DNA of 64,000 nucleotides from positions 6,984-70,983 of IMG/VR virus record IMGVR_UViG_3300020159_000786. The stretch is one strand, 5' to 3'. The stretch comes from a virus. Positions 30,292 through 39,670 of this stretch are shown in pieces. The stretch's first letter is position 1. Each line of letters opens with the position of its first letter. The position numbers and the translations under genes are program-made. The notes beneath the pieces are model-generated. The model did not search any database. It was not told the origin of the DNA and was given only the letters and a program-made list of their open reading frames with translations.

Positions 30292-30612
30292 TTATGGAAG
30301 AGCATTAAGAAGTGCAGCATCTGCTAGTTTAACACCAGAGGCTTCTTCAATAATTTTATATACCGTTGGAAGATCCATATTTTCTTCTAACGCTGCCAAA
30401 TTTTCTGCAAGTTCTGGCTTGTATTGTTTCATTGCAATTTGAATACATTCCATTAATATATTCATTGATTTTTCGTTATCTTCTGAAACTGCCGCTACAC
30501 CTTCAAATTTTTTCATAAATTCACGTAGTAGAGAGATTTTCAGTGGTCTTACTTTTATCTTTGTACCGTCTATAAGCGTAACTGTTTTTTCTTCGTTAAC
30601 AGTAGTTGCCAT
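30292..30612 (-). CDS. Tail assembly chaperone, short (G-like) paralog
   Basis: Between tail tube and TMP; aligns by eye with the N-terminal half of 30665..31351; AGGAGG RBS. Confidence 0.75.
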   Translation of the reverse strand: MATTVNEEKTVTLIDGTKIKVRPLKISLLREFMKKFEGVAAVSEDNEKSMNILMECIQIAMKQYKPELAENLAALEENMDLPTVYKIIEEASGVKLADAALLNALP

Positions 30613-30664
30613 TTATTCCTCCTTATAAGGTTAGATATAATTATATCACAAAGAGGGATATATT

Positions 30665-31351
30665 TTAACCAACAATCTCTTCATAGTCTAAGCCATTCCC
30701 AATTCCAAACCCTGCTTTTTGTGCTTTAACGCCACGAAGGTTTGTTATATCATTAGCATCTTTTCCTTTATACAATACTCTTTTTTTCATATCTTCCCAG
30801 GCATTATCATTTTTATCTTTGTCAATATCTACTCCTTGTATTGCAGCAGAAAACTTTTTATCATTATGATCTAACTCTCTTTTTATTTCTAATGTTAAGA
30901 TTAGTTCTGGCATAGATAATGATGCCTCTAATTCTTCATAATTTTTCCAAGCACCTAGTAAAAAAACCTCAGACTCTAATTTAGCAAGATCTAGATCGTC
31001 CCAACTAGATCCTTTGTCATTTTCTGATTTTGCTTGTTGTTCTATACTGTCTTTTTTATCTTCATTTAGTTTGATACCTGCTGAAAATTCTAAAACTTTA
31101 TAAAGTTGTTTAATATCAAAGTTATCCTCAATGTCCCTTATGCTATTTGACAACTGAGGGTAAAACTGTTCCATTGATATTCTTACACATTCTAAGACTA
31201 TTTCTAAAGTTTCATCTTCGCCATCAACCTTAGATATTAATGAAAACTGATCTAATATTTTTTTTAAATATTTTATTTTTGCTGGACCTACTGTTATTTT
31301 TGTACCGTCTACTAACTCAACAATACCTTCTTTGTAAATTTTAGTGGCCAT
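30665..31351 (-). CDS. Tail assembly chaperone, long (GT-like) paralog
   Basis: G-like N-terminal half plus a C-terminal extension (WKNYEELEASLSMPEL); leaderless promoter. Confidence 0.75.
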   Translation of the reverse strand: MATKIYKEGIVELVDGTKITVGPAKIKYLKKILDQFSLISKVDGEDETLEIVLECVRISMEQFYPQLSNSIRDIEDNFDIKQLYKVLEFSAGIKLNEDKKDSIEQQAKSENDKGSSWDDLDLAKLESEVFLLGAWKNYEELEASLSMPELILTLEIKRELDHNDKKFSAAIQGVDIDKDKNDNAWEDMKKRVLYKGKDANDITNLRGVKAQKAGFGIGNGLDYEEIVG

Positions 31352-31367
31352 AAAACTATTATATCAA

Positions 31368-31395
31368 ATAGAAAAGCCCACCTTGTTAGATGGGC
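31368..31395 (-). terminator. Rho-independent terminator after the major tail gene
   Basis: Minus strand GCCCATCT-AACA-AGGTGGGC followed by TTTTCTAT. Confidence 0.7.
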
Positions 31396-31416
31396 CAGTC
31401 TATTATTTATTTTGAA

Positions 31417-32043
31417 CTAAAATGTTCTGTCAACAATCTTTCCATACTTACCATTATCTAATGGTAACATACGGAAGGTAACGTCAAACATAGATGCTGC
31501 ATCACGTTTTGCGGATGCTACTACGTTTTCGATTGACAAAGCACGGTATCCAATATAGATACGTTCTTTATCGATTGAAGGGTCACCTGTTCCTGGACCA
31601 ACTGCAACTAAGCCTCGTTCTAGAGGAACTTCGCCTAATTCTCCTGAGTTAAGGTCAAGGGTGTCGATTCCGCTTGGTGAGTTTGTAACTAATGCAGAAT
31701 CTTGTGCAGCAAGAGAAACTAATAAGTTTTCTAATGTTGCTTCTGCAAAAGATGTTGCCAAAGAAACTTGCATGCCGTCTTTGAAAAGACGTGCAACGTC
31801 AAGAACTTGATCAACTTGAACTTCACCAAAAGATGGTTGAAATGTTAATTCAATACCATTGCTGGTATAGCCAACATTTGTAAAGTCAAGATCTTCAGAC
31901 AAAGTATCTTTGTATGAAACTCCTGCTTGAAATGCTGGTAGTGGTCCACTAGCACTAGGAGCACCAGACAATGCTTCACTGTATGTGAACAATGCTGCTG
32001 CACCAACTATAATGTTATTGGACGAGCCACGGTTATATGCCAT
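31417..32043 (-). CDS. Major tail tube protein
   Basis: NIIVGAA...VGYTSNGIEL...VDQ...FAEATLENL siphovirus tube pattern; strong RBS. Confidence 0.85.
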   Translation of the reverse strand: MAYNRGSSNNIIVGAAALFTYSEALSGAPSASGPLPAFQAGVSYKDTLSEDLDFTNVGYTSNGIELTFQPSFGEVQVDQVLDVARLFKDGMQVSLATSFAEATLENLLVSLAAQDSALVTNSPSGIDTLDLNSGELGEVPLERGLVAVGPGTGDPSIDKERIYIGYRALSIENVVASAKRDAASMFDVTFRMLPLDNGKYGKIVDRTF

Positions 32044-32122
32044 TTATTTCACCTCTCCTTGTAAAGGGTTTTATTAAATTGTAAAGCGTTGTTTCCTCAA
32101 GGTTAAGTATAACACCATTTTC

Positions 32123-32656
32123 TTATCCTTTATGCCAATCATAATCAAGAATAATCTTATTTCCAGCATATGTTCTTGCTGTTCCAAAGTCTATGATGTC
32201 CCTTGTTTCTTGAAGTTGATAAGTTTTGAAAGTATGAAAGTATAAGGGAAGTGACATATCTTTAAGTGCTATATTTGGTCCAGGTATCAGTGTGTTTTGA
32301 TTATCTCTTATCCATTTATTTATATCAATAGCAGACTCATCTAATTGATTTAACAAATCTTGCATTTTTTGACTTACCACAATAGTTCTTTCCACTGCGT
32401 TTTCTCCAAAATTATAAAAATAATACATTATTTGTTCACAGTTTATGTGTGGAAATGTTTTTTTATTCATTCTAAACATTCTGTCATATACAGCAAAAGT
32501 TCCTGTTGAATTTGGAAATGTTTCAGTTAAAGCACCTATATCTGTTGGACTAGTAGGAAAAAATGGAATAGTTAAATCTTGATCAAAAAACTCACTAATC
32601 TTATTTTGTAAATAAGCATTAATTAATGATGGTGGATGGTGTATTGTAGCAGTCAT
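32123..32656 (-). CDS. Putative tail terminator
   Basis: Canonical position directly before the tube gene. Confidence 0.55.
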   Translation of the reverse strand: MTATIHHPPSLINAYLQNKISEFFDQDLTIPFFPTSPTDIGALTETFPNSTGTFAVYDRMFRMNKKTFPHINCEQIMYYFYNFGENAVERTIVVSQKMQDLLNQLDESAIDINKWIRDNQNTLIPGPNIALKDMSLPLYFHTFKTYQLQETRDIIDFGTARTYAGNKIILDYDWHKG

Positions 32657-33324
32657 TATGCAATCACCGCATTAGCAATCCACTTATATCCAGTTGAATA
32701 TCCAAAACCTTTGCCGTACTTGGCACCTGCTTTTAAATTAGTTTTAAATGCTTTTGGATTTTTAATATAATCTGATAATCCAGATGACTTTAAAAATGAT
32801 TGTTTAAAATATTGATTTAAAAATATGTCCAACACTTCTTCAAATCCACCTTGAGCATCTTCTCCTCCAGGGTTGTTAACTGTAACTGGATTTCTAGTAA
32901 ATACTGTTTCTCCATTTTCTTCAAATACTAGCACGTTAGATTTTTTAGGTCTTATTGTTACTGGTATTCCCTTTTCCATAATTCTTGCCTTACTATAAAA
33001 AGGAGTAGTTGATCCGTTTTTAATACTTGAAGATTGACTAAATGTAGAATAAATCGATAAACCCTGATTACTTACAGTATAATCAATATCAAACAACCTT
33101 GCATCTGGACTACCCACCCTATACCATTCATAGACATGTTGTAGCATTGCTGGATCTATTCTAGCATTCATATCAATAAATTCTTTTAATGTTTTTATAG
33201 TTTCACGTCCAAGATTATTAAAGAACGCTGTCTTTCCCCCTTTTACCCCTTCTAAAAATCCAATGGAGTAATCTATTATATTGTTCATTTCTTTTTTAAA
33301 TTGTCTATTATCAACCTTTATCAT
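32656..33324 (-). CDS. Putative tail completion or neck protein (HK97 gp10-like position)
   Basis: HVYEW...ARLF motif; synteny. Confidence 0.55.
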   Translation of the reverse strand: MIKVDNRQFKKEMNNIIDYSIGFLEGVKGGKTAFFNNLGRETIKTLKEFIDMNARIDPAMLQHVYEWYRVGSPDARLFDIDYTVSNQGLSIYSTFSQSSSIKNGSTTPFYSKARIMEKGIPVTIRPKKSNVLVFEENGETVFTRNPVTVNNPGGEDAQGGFEEVLDIFLNQYFKQSFLKSSGLSDYIKNPKAFKTNLKAGAKYGKGFGYSTGYKWIANAVIA

Positions 33325-33770
33325 AAATCTACCGCCTGATTATCAGACCTTTTAATTATAATTTTATAATATTCTGTTTTTCCAAATAATCCAGAATATG
33401 GTGAAAGAGTTGCAATTTCAAATAATGTAGACTTACCAGCACGAACTCCACCAGTTTCAACATAGATAGGGTTGCCTTCTCCATCTAAAATATTAGTTAT
33501 GAGTAAATTTGTTAATGCAATTCCATTATTCATATCATTAAATCTTATATCGTTTGGCACCCTTCCACTTAAAATGGTATCAAATAAAATTGCTACACCT
33601 TGTGTTTGTTGCTCTTCTTTATTTTTAATGCCTCCAGCAGCAAAATAACATGCAGTATCTTTATATTTTGACCACTGTTTTTTTATATTTCCGTATTGGC
33701 CCTGTTCAACGCTTGAATAGTAAACTTCTGCTGTCATTGGATATAAAAAATTGTCGTCTAAACATGTCAT
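33321..33770 (-). CDS. Putative head closure (stopper) protein
   Basis: Synteny; beta-rich, with QGQYGNIKKQW. Confidence 0.6.
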   Translation of the reverse strand: MTCLDDNFLYPMTAEVYYSSVEQGQYGNIKKQWSKYKDTACYFAAGGIKNKEEQQTQGVAILFDTILSGRVPNDIRFNDMNNGIALTNLLITNILDGEGNPIYVETGGVRAGKSTLFEIATLSPYSGLFGKTEYYKIIIKRSDNQAVDL

Positions 33771-34681
33771 AGTATTCCTAATCTAGTAATATTCTTAGTA
33801 TATTTTGATAGTATTTGATCAACTATAATATTACCTGTACCGTTAAACAATTTATTAGCATTAAACTTAACTTGATATTGTTCTGTTCTATATTCTTCAA
33901 CATATCTTTTATATTGATCAAGTCTTCCACATTTAATATCATTAATAAGCATTTCTGTTGCTGCTTGAATGTCTGACGGTACTGTTTTATATCCAGCATC
34001 TAAAACTAATGTGTAGTCGTATCCTGTAGGGAATGTGACTGTATCCCAACCATAATATCCTAAATCACCATAAGAAACTGGAACATTTGGGATTGTTTTT
34101 TCTAACCTATTCCATGAATTTGTAGAATCTGGTATGTATGCTTGAACTGCAGAATTGTCAAGTGTTAGTTTAAAATATTTTTCATTTACTTCTTCATCTA
34201 TATCAAAAACTAATACATCATTTTCATAAACTTTTAATACTTTATATGTATTTATCCATAAAGGTATATAGTCTAGTCCTTCTCCAACTGTTTGATATAT
34301 GATTTTTTTATTATAAAAACCATCAGTAATAAATGAATCGATTATAGATCTTGCAATAAGTTCGTTGTATGTTGCTTCTGATATTTCTGAAGCAGTTGAT
34401 CCAAGTTTGTTTGGATTGGTATATGGTCTAATTATATCTAAGTTGTCTTCAAAAATTATTTCTTCATCTGAATTTAAAATTTTGACTTCATAACTTCTAT
34501 CAAACTCTACCTTTGAAAATGGTAAGACATATGTTAATTGTAAGTTTTCATCTGAAGTTATATCAGATGTTTCAACAAAGTGTTCCACCAAATCCTGTAA
34601 TCTAAGAGTGTAGATATCTCCACTTGTTGGAACATCAAATTTTAAAACAATTGGATATGGTGGTACTCTTAAGGCTTCCAT
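33767..34681 (-). CDS. Head-to-tail adaptor
   Basis: ARSIIDSF...GYKTVPSDIQAATEML...TGNIIVDQILSKY adaptor motifs. Confidence 0.75.
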   Translation of the reverse strand: MEALRVPPYPIVLKFDVPTSGDIYTLRLQDLVEHFVETSDITSDENLQLTYVLPFSKVEFDRSYEVKILNSDEEIIFEDNLDIIRPYTNPNKLGSTASEISEATYNELIARSIIDSFITDGFYNKKIIYQTVGEGLDYIPLWINTYKVLKVYENDVLVFDIDEEVNEKYFKLTLDNSAVQAYIPDSTNSWNRLEKTIPNVPVSYGDLGYYGWDTVTFPTGYDYTLVLDAGYKTVPSDIQAATEMLINDIKCGRLDQYKRYVEEYRTEQYQVKFNANKLFNGTGNIIVDQILSKYTKNITRLGIL

Positions 34682-34996
34682 TTATAAGTTAAACTCCCTT
34701 GCTACCTCTTCTGGCGTTAGAAGAGTGATGTTTTGTTTAGTTAGCCATTTTTCTGCTTGTTCCTCTGTTACAAAATTAATACCAATTTTTACAGAGCCAA
34801 CCCCACCCCAATAAATATTATCTGCAGATCTAATTGCTACTTTTTTTAATTTTGGATGTTCTGATTGTATATCTTCTATTTTTTTAAATTCTTGTACAGT
34901 TGTACCAATAATTCCATTATGTGTATACCCCAAGGCTTGTTTTTCTGTTACCTTTTTAAAAGTATCTTGTGAACTTGTATTTTGTAAATCAAACAT
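34682..34996 (-). CDS. Hypothetical protein of the head module
   Basis: 104-aa ORF with its own promoter and RBS. Confidence 0.65.
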   Translation of the reverse strand: MFDLQNTSSQDTFKKVTEKQALGYTHNGIIGTTVQEFKKIEDIQSEHPKLKKVAIRSADNIYWGGVGSVKIGINFVTEEQAEKWLTKQNITLLTPEEVAREFNL

Positions 34997-35035
34997 TGGG
35001 CTCTCCTTTAAATATTATATCATTTTATTAAATAT

Positions 35036-35069
35036 TAAAGGGAGTAAGAAATTAATCCTACTCCCTTTA
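35036..35069 (-). terminator. Hairpin terminator after the major capsid gene
   Basis: TAAAGGGAGTA...TACTCCCTTTA inverted repeat. Confidence 0.7.
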
Positions 35070-35084
35070 AACATGCACTATAAA

Positions 35085-36224
35085 TTATGCTTGTGCGTAA
35101 GCAACTGCATCCAGTTCTTCCCATTGAATACCAAAGCGAACAAATACTGTGTATTCTACAGTATCTTTCTTTGGCTTATATTCACGGTTAACTGTGATGT
35201 CGCGTTGGAAACCCCATACACGGTTCTGTGGGAATGTCAAATCGACATATCCTGCAGGGTAGTAAGGAACTTCTTGAACATCGATTCCCAATACACGCGT
35301 TGAACGTGCACCGCCGAATGTTTGTCCTGCACCATCAAGGTATGTTTGACGGTTTGCTTGTGTACTTCCTGGAATTAATGAACCAAATGATTCAGCAATT
35401 GCATCAGCAAGAGTACCGTTATTCTTAACAATACCTTGGAATGCGTCAGTACCTGCGTAGAACTTAAGATTATTCTTAAGTGCACGGTATTTACGTGGCA
35501 TTGCCAAGATTATGTCTTGCATAACTCCTGTTGTCCAAGCATCTCCAGACACTGAAACTGATGCTTCGTGAGCACCAGATCCAACGGCTTTTGCATTATG
35601 CACAAAACCTGCCATGATGGATGTAAAGGCATTGCTACCTGAACCTACACCATTGATTGCAAGGTCTTCGATATCGTTACCGAAAGCATTAGTCATCAAT
35701 CTTACGATATGATCTTCCAATGCTGCACCTTCAATATTGTCTTCTAATGCTTCTGATGAAACTTCCCAATCTAAGCGAATTTTCTTTGTAGTCAATTCAA
35801 CTTTTGAGAATGTTGCACCTGCGTTTGTGTAATCGCCAACTGCTTGTGCTGCTGCACGAATAACACGTTCACCAACGTTAACTTTTTCAAGTTCCATTGT
35901 GTTTGCTCTCATTGTAACTCTACGACCGTCTTGGGCCAATACAGTTGCATCCCACACGTAGTCAATAAAACGACGTGCTTGTTCAGGGCGTAAGATACCG
36001 CTTCCAGTATCACCTGAAGGGTTTACTGCGTTTGGACCAGATGTGATTCCTGATATTGCATTAGGAATATTTCCTAATTCGCCACCATTGCTATAGTTAC
36101 CTGGAACATTACTGGCTGAATCAGATCCTGATGCAAATGCACCTTGACCTTGGAATAGACCAGGAGTTGTTCCTCCTAATTGTCCGCTTTCGCCAGGTTG
36201 GTTTTTAATAATTTCTTCCGACAT
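35085..36224 (-). CDS. Major capsid protein (HK97 fold)
   Basis: GILRPEQARRFID, ELTTKK...EVSSEALEDNIEG, DIEDLAING; GGAGGTG RBS. Confidence 0.92.
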   Translation of the reverse strand: MSEEIIKNQPGESGQLGGTTPGLFQGQGAFASGSDSASNVPGNYSNGGELGNIPNAISGITSGPNAVNPSGDTGSGILRPEQARRFIDYVWDATVLAQDGRRVTMRANTMELEKVNVGERVIRAAAQAVGDYTNAGATFSKVELTTKKIRLDWEVSSEALEDNIEGAALEDHIVRLMTNAFGNDIEDLAINGVGSGSNAFTSIMAGFVHNAKAVGSGAHEASVSVSGDAWTTGVMQDIILAMPRKYRALKNNLKFYAGTDAFQGIVKNNGTLADAIAESFGSLIPGSTQANRQTYLDGAGQTFGGARSTRVLGIDVQEVPYYPAGYVDLTFPQNRVWGFQRDITVNREYKPKKDTVEYTVFVRFGIQWEELDAVAYAQA

Positions 36225-36247
36225 ATATTTCACCTCCAAGTGATTTC

Positions 36248-37600
36248 TTACTTAAATAGATCGGCTGTTTTGAGGAAACGTCCGCCCCATAGGGATTTTT
36301 CAACCATTTCTGGTTGTAACTGTACGATCTCACCGAGATCGCCAGACTTTCGGAAAGCGGTATCAGATTCTACTGATTCCATTCTCTTTCCAAAATCATT
36401 TACTGCACCATTTGTTTCAACTAGTGCATTTTGTGTTTGTGCTACTTGTGATTTCACATCTCCAAGTGCTTTATTTAAATCTGCAACTTCTGTCTGTAAA
36501 GACTTTACTGTTGCAATTAGATCGCTAAAGGCTGATGTAAGAGTATTCTTAACTTCAGTTACTGCCTCAACAATAACTTCGTCTGATTTAGATACTTCTG
36601 TAGAAACTTCTTCAGCAACTTCTGCTACTGACTCTACTGTATCTGCTTTTTCAGCATCTACAACTGCTTCTGCTGCTGGTGCATCTTCTGCAACTACGTC
36701 TGCTGCTGGTGCATCTTCTGCAACAACTTCTTCTGCAACTGGAGCATCAACTACGGCATCTGCCTCTGGAGCAACCTCAACATTTTCAACTTCAACATCA
36801 GATTTTTCAACAATCTCTGATACTGATTTTTTAGTTGACTTTGTCATAGGACTTACCTCCTTAGTAATCTTAGAAGTATTAATGCCTTTAGCACTATCAA
36901 CTAAGAACTTTATCATATTAACTTTTTCGTTATCCGTTTTTTCAACGAATCCTATATTTTTCATTTCATTTCCAGTGGTGGGACTAAACTCTGTTTCATT
37001 TTCTGAAACCATAACAATTCCAGTTTCTGAATCCCAAAAAACATTTTCTAGGGTTGTATTGTCACCCTTAATTACTGCAACTCCATCTACCTTTTCAACA
37101 GACACAATGTTTGCAAACTGATTTGCTGGAGAATCAACCAAACTTAATTCAACAAGATCATAATCTTTAATAATTCTAATTTGAGAATCTAACTTCTCAT
37201 CAAAAGCATCATCCCATTTATTCATTTTGCCACCAATAGAAAAACCTGTTAATGTACCATCCAAAACCTTTTCCCATGTGTTTTGGGCACCCTTTGAAAC
37301 ATATGCGGAAACAAAAACACCGTTATAAAATTTCTTTGATTCTGAATCAAAATATTTATCTTGTTTAAATGAAACCATTTTGCCTACTGCTAATGGTTGA
37401 TGCATCTCTCTTATGTTGCCTCTAAAATTTTCAAATGCCTTCATGCTGGCTTCTGTAGTTACAATGTCCATTTGACGATCTACGTTATCTAATGAGGCAA
37501 AACCTGAAACAATGCGGCGTTCTTTATCAACCTTACTAAAAGGCATAGAAAGGCGAACATTTTCACCTTCTGTATTCCATTGGGCTTTTAATATAGACAT
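36248..37600 (-). CDS. Prohead protease fused to an acidic scaffold region
   Basis: REMH, GFSIGG and ELSLVDSPAN (HK97 protease) followed by an Ala/Glu/Val-rich region and a coiled coil. Confidence 0.9.
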   Translation of the reverse strand: MSILKAQWNTEGENVRLSMPFSKVDKERRIVSGFASLDNVDRQMDIVTTEASMKAFENFRGNIREMHQPLAVGKMVSFKQDKYFDSESKKFYNGVFVSAYVSKGAQNTWEKVLDGTLTGFSIGGKMNKWDDAFDEKLDSQIRIIKDYDLVELSLVDSPANQFANIVSVEKVDGVAVIKGDNTTLENVFWDSETGIVMVSENETEFSPTTGNEMKNIGFVEKTDNEKVNMIKFLVDSAKGINTSKITKEVSPMTKSTKKSVSEIVEKSDVEVENVEVAPEADAVVDAPVAEEVVAEDAPAADVVAEDAPAAEAVVDAEKADTVESVAEVAEEVSTEVSKSDEVIVEAVTEVKNTLTSAFSDLIATVKSLQTEVADLNKALGDVKSQVAQTQNALVETNGAVNDFGKRMESVESDTAFRKSGDLGEIVQLQPEMVEKSLWGGRFLKTADLFK

Positions 37601-37624
37601 CGTACTATACATTATAGAGCCCTT

Positions 37625-37655
37625 TTATACACAAGTTATAAACATGTTATAAACA
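37625..37655 (+). promoter_or_regulatory. Three DnaA-box-like 9-mers at 11-bp period
   Basis: TTATACACA (37625), TTATAAACA (37636), TTATAAACA (37647), upstream of the TATAAT at 37611-37616 on the minus strand. Confidence 0.5.
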
Positions 37656-37661
37656 GTGTAA

Positions 37662-39257
37662 CTAGGTTGAAGATCTACCCTCGCCCTTTGGGTTTCTACC
37701 ACTTACAGTTGCAGATCCATCGGACTGATTATTAAGTCTTTCGCCATCTCTTGCACGATTAGCATCATTATTCATTGTCTCTGGTTTGGCTACAAATGGT
37801 TCGTCTCCACCGTCTCTTTGTGGAAGACCCAGTGCAACTCTTGCTTCATTAGGCATCATAATCTGTGTTTTTACATATCGTTCAAGAATTTGTGACTGTG
37901 CTATTTCGTCTGTCAATGTCAATTCGTTAAACTTAAACTCTAAGATATCTTGCTTTTCACGTATAATCTTATTGATTTGTTTTTCTAGTTGAGCCTGTGC
38001 TGGTCTGGCTACTTGCTCTTTAAATGTTCTATCTTGAGCCAGGGCTGCTGCGATTGCACCTGAGTCTGAGCCACCCAGTTTTGAAAGTGGTACTTGATGT
38101 GCTACCAAAATATCATCACGATTTTGTTTTCTGTATTCTTTAAATGATCCTTCTTGTACACCAGATTCAATAGGCTCCATCTTGAACTCTACCTTATTAT
38201 TTTCTGTATCTCCAGGAAGAGGTATGTATAAAGTTCTATGGTTCTGACCCTTTAATCCAGTTTGTAAAAATCTAAACATCTTGTCTTCTGCATCTGCAGA
38301 TAGTTTGGCACCTTTCATGGTTACCACATATCTTGGAACTGCTTTATTGCCAAAGTAGTCTATGTTATATTGTGATGCTAATTGATCACCCTGTAACGAA
38401 GATATTGCTGAAATAATATCTGGTACTCCATAAAAGGTATTTAGTGGCGAGTATTGTTTAAAATGAATAATTTCATTTGGCCTTGGGTCTGCGGTTACTG
38501 GGTTAGCGTTTGTTGCACCAAAATTTCTAAAGTAAACAACTTTATTTGCAATAACCTGTACATACCCATCTCTTAATCTACGACAACGCATTGTGGTTGC
38601 TGGAATATGACCAACGTATCCAATTTCACCACGAGTGGTTCTACCAATTTCCATATATCCATTACCAATAGCCTGAACATCTGTGTATATCTTTTCCATT
38701 GTTGTGGTAAAAGAATCATCTCCGTTTAAACTTTCTAACCAATCACGCAATTCAATTTTGGCTCTTTCAATTCTATTTCTTGCACGACTTACCGCTGCAT
38801 CATCAGAAGATCCTTCTAATTTAAGCATTGTTCTTTTTGATACATCAAAATCATATCCCAAACCTACAATATTTTCAACCTTAGCATCAATGGCTGCGTG
38901 ATTTGCAAAAGATGTGTCATAGTAATTGGCTAGTTCATAAACATTCCATGGCGGAGTGATTACGTCAAATAGTCCATAACCATTTCTAAAAACGTTACCA
39001 GGATTTATCTGATTAGAGCGAGCACCATCAAGACCTTGTGGAACCGCTATAGAACTATCAATATAAGATTGTTGGGTTGTATCTACCAATGCTTTAGACA
39101 TTCTTGCTGCACGACGTTTAAAATTATTATCTAAACCAGAATAGTTTTTTAACTCTTCCCAGTTTTTACTAAATGGATCTGAGTTGGCAAAAGCATTTGG
39201 AGATTGTTGATTTTCATCTATTCTTGCACCAATAATATAATCAAAATCTTCACTCAT
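37662..39257 (-). CDS. Portal protein (PBSX/HK97 family)
   Basis: EIIHFKQYSP...YGVPD...YFGNKAVP...AHQVP...PNEARVALGLP. Confidence 0.92.
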   Translation of the reverse strand: MSEDFDYIIGARIDENQQSPNAFANSDPFSKNWEELKNYSGLDNNFKRRAARMSKALVDTTQQSYIDSSIAVPQGLDGARSNQINPGNVFRNGYGLFDVITPPWNVYELANYYDTSFANHAAIDAKVENIVGLGYDFDVSKRTMLKLEGSSDDAAVSRARNRIERAKIELRDWLESLNGDDSFTTTMEKIYTDVQAIGNGYMEIGRTTRGEIGYVGHIPATTMRCRRLRDGYVQVIANKVVYFRNFGATNANPVTADPRPNEIIHFKQYSPLNTFYGVPDIISAISSLQGDQLASQYNIDYFGNKAVPRYVVTMKGAKLSADAEDKMFRFLQTGLKGQNHRTLYIPLPGDTENNKVEFKMEPIESGVQEGSFKEYRKQNRDDILVAHQVPLSKLGGSDSGAIAAALAQDRTFKEQVARPAQAQLEKQINKIIREKQDILEFKFNELTLTDEIAQSQILERYVKTQIMMPNEARVALGLPQRDGGDEPFVAKPETMNNDANRARDGERLNNQSDGSATVSGRNPKGEGRSST

Positions 39258-39652
39258 TATTCTTCATCACCATATTTAGCAATTGTTGCTTTTGCTGCTG
39301 CGACTGCACCAAGATCGTTTAAGTTAGGAATTAAACCTGACTTCATTCTATCCAATTGTTCAGAATACTCTTCGTCTGAAACCCTTCCCATACCTGGAAA
39401 AAATACAGGTTCTCCGTCTGGTTCTCCATAATATGCTGCTGCTTTTTTTATTTCTGCTAGTGCGGCAATATCATTTTTCATTGCTGGTATATTTAATATA
39501 TTACCACTTCCATCAGTAAACCATCTGCCATTAGCCTTTTTCCAAACGTATATACCCCAATTATAATTTTTTTCAATCATTGTTATTTTAGAATCGCCAA
39601 TTTGGCCTTTCATGCGTGGTTTACCATTTTTGTTTATATTATTACTATTCAT
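39257..39652 (-). CDS. Conserved hypothetical protein upstream of portal
   Basis: ORF coupled to the portal; leaderless TGG-TATACT promoter. Confidence 0.7.
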   Translation of the reverse strand: MNSNNINKNGKPRMKGQIGDSKITMIEKNYNWGIYVWKKANGRWFTDGSGNILNIPAMKNDIAALAEIKKAAAYYGEPDGEPVFFPGMGRVSDEEYSEQLDRMKSGLIPNLNDLGAVAAAKATIAKYGDEE

Positions 39653-39670
39653 AACCACAAGTATACCATA

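Noticed and set aside
30612-30665. Programmed frameshift between the tail chaperone ORFs
   Set aside because: The ORFs do not overlap; the second has its own promoter and RBS and is a paralog of the first.
36669-36725. 30-bp-period duplication (AEDAPAA) in the scaffold
   Set aside because: Ordinary low-complexity linker expansion.
36180-37121. 313-aa plus-strand Ser/Ala/Thr-rich ORF
   Set aside because: Antisense shadow of the low-complexity scaffold region. The other short plus-strand ORFs inside minus-strand genes were rejected for the same reason.
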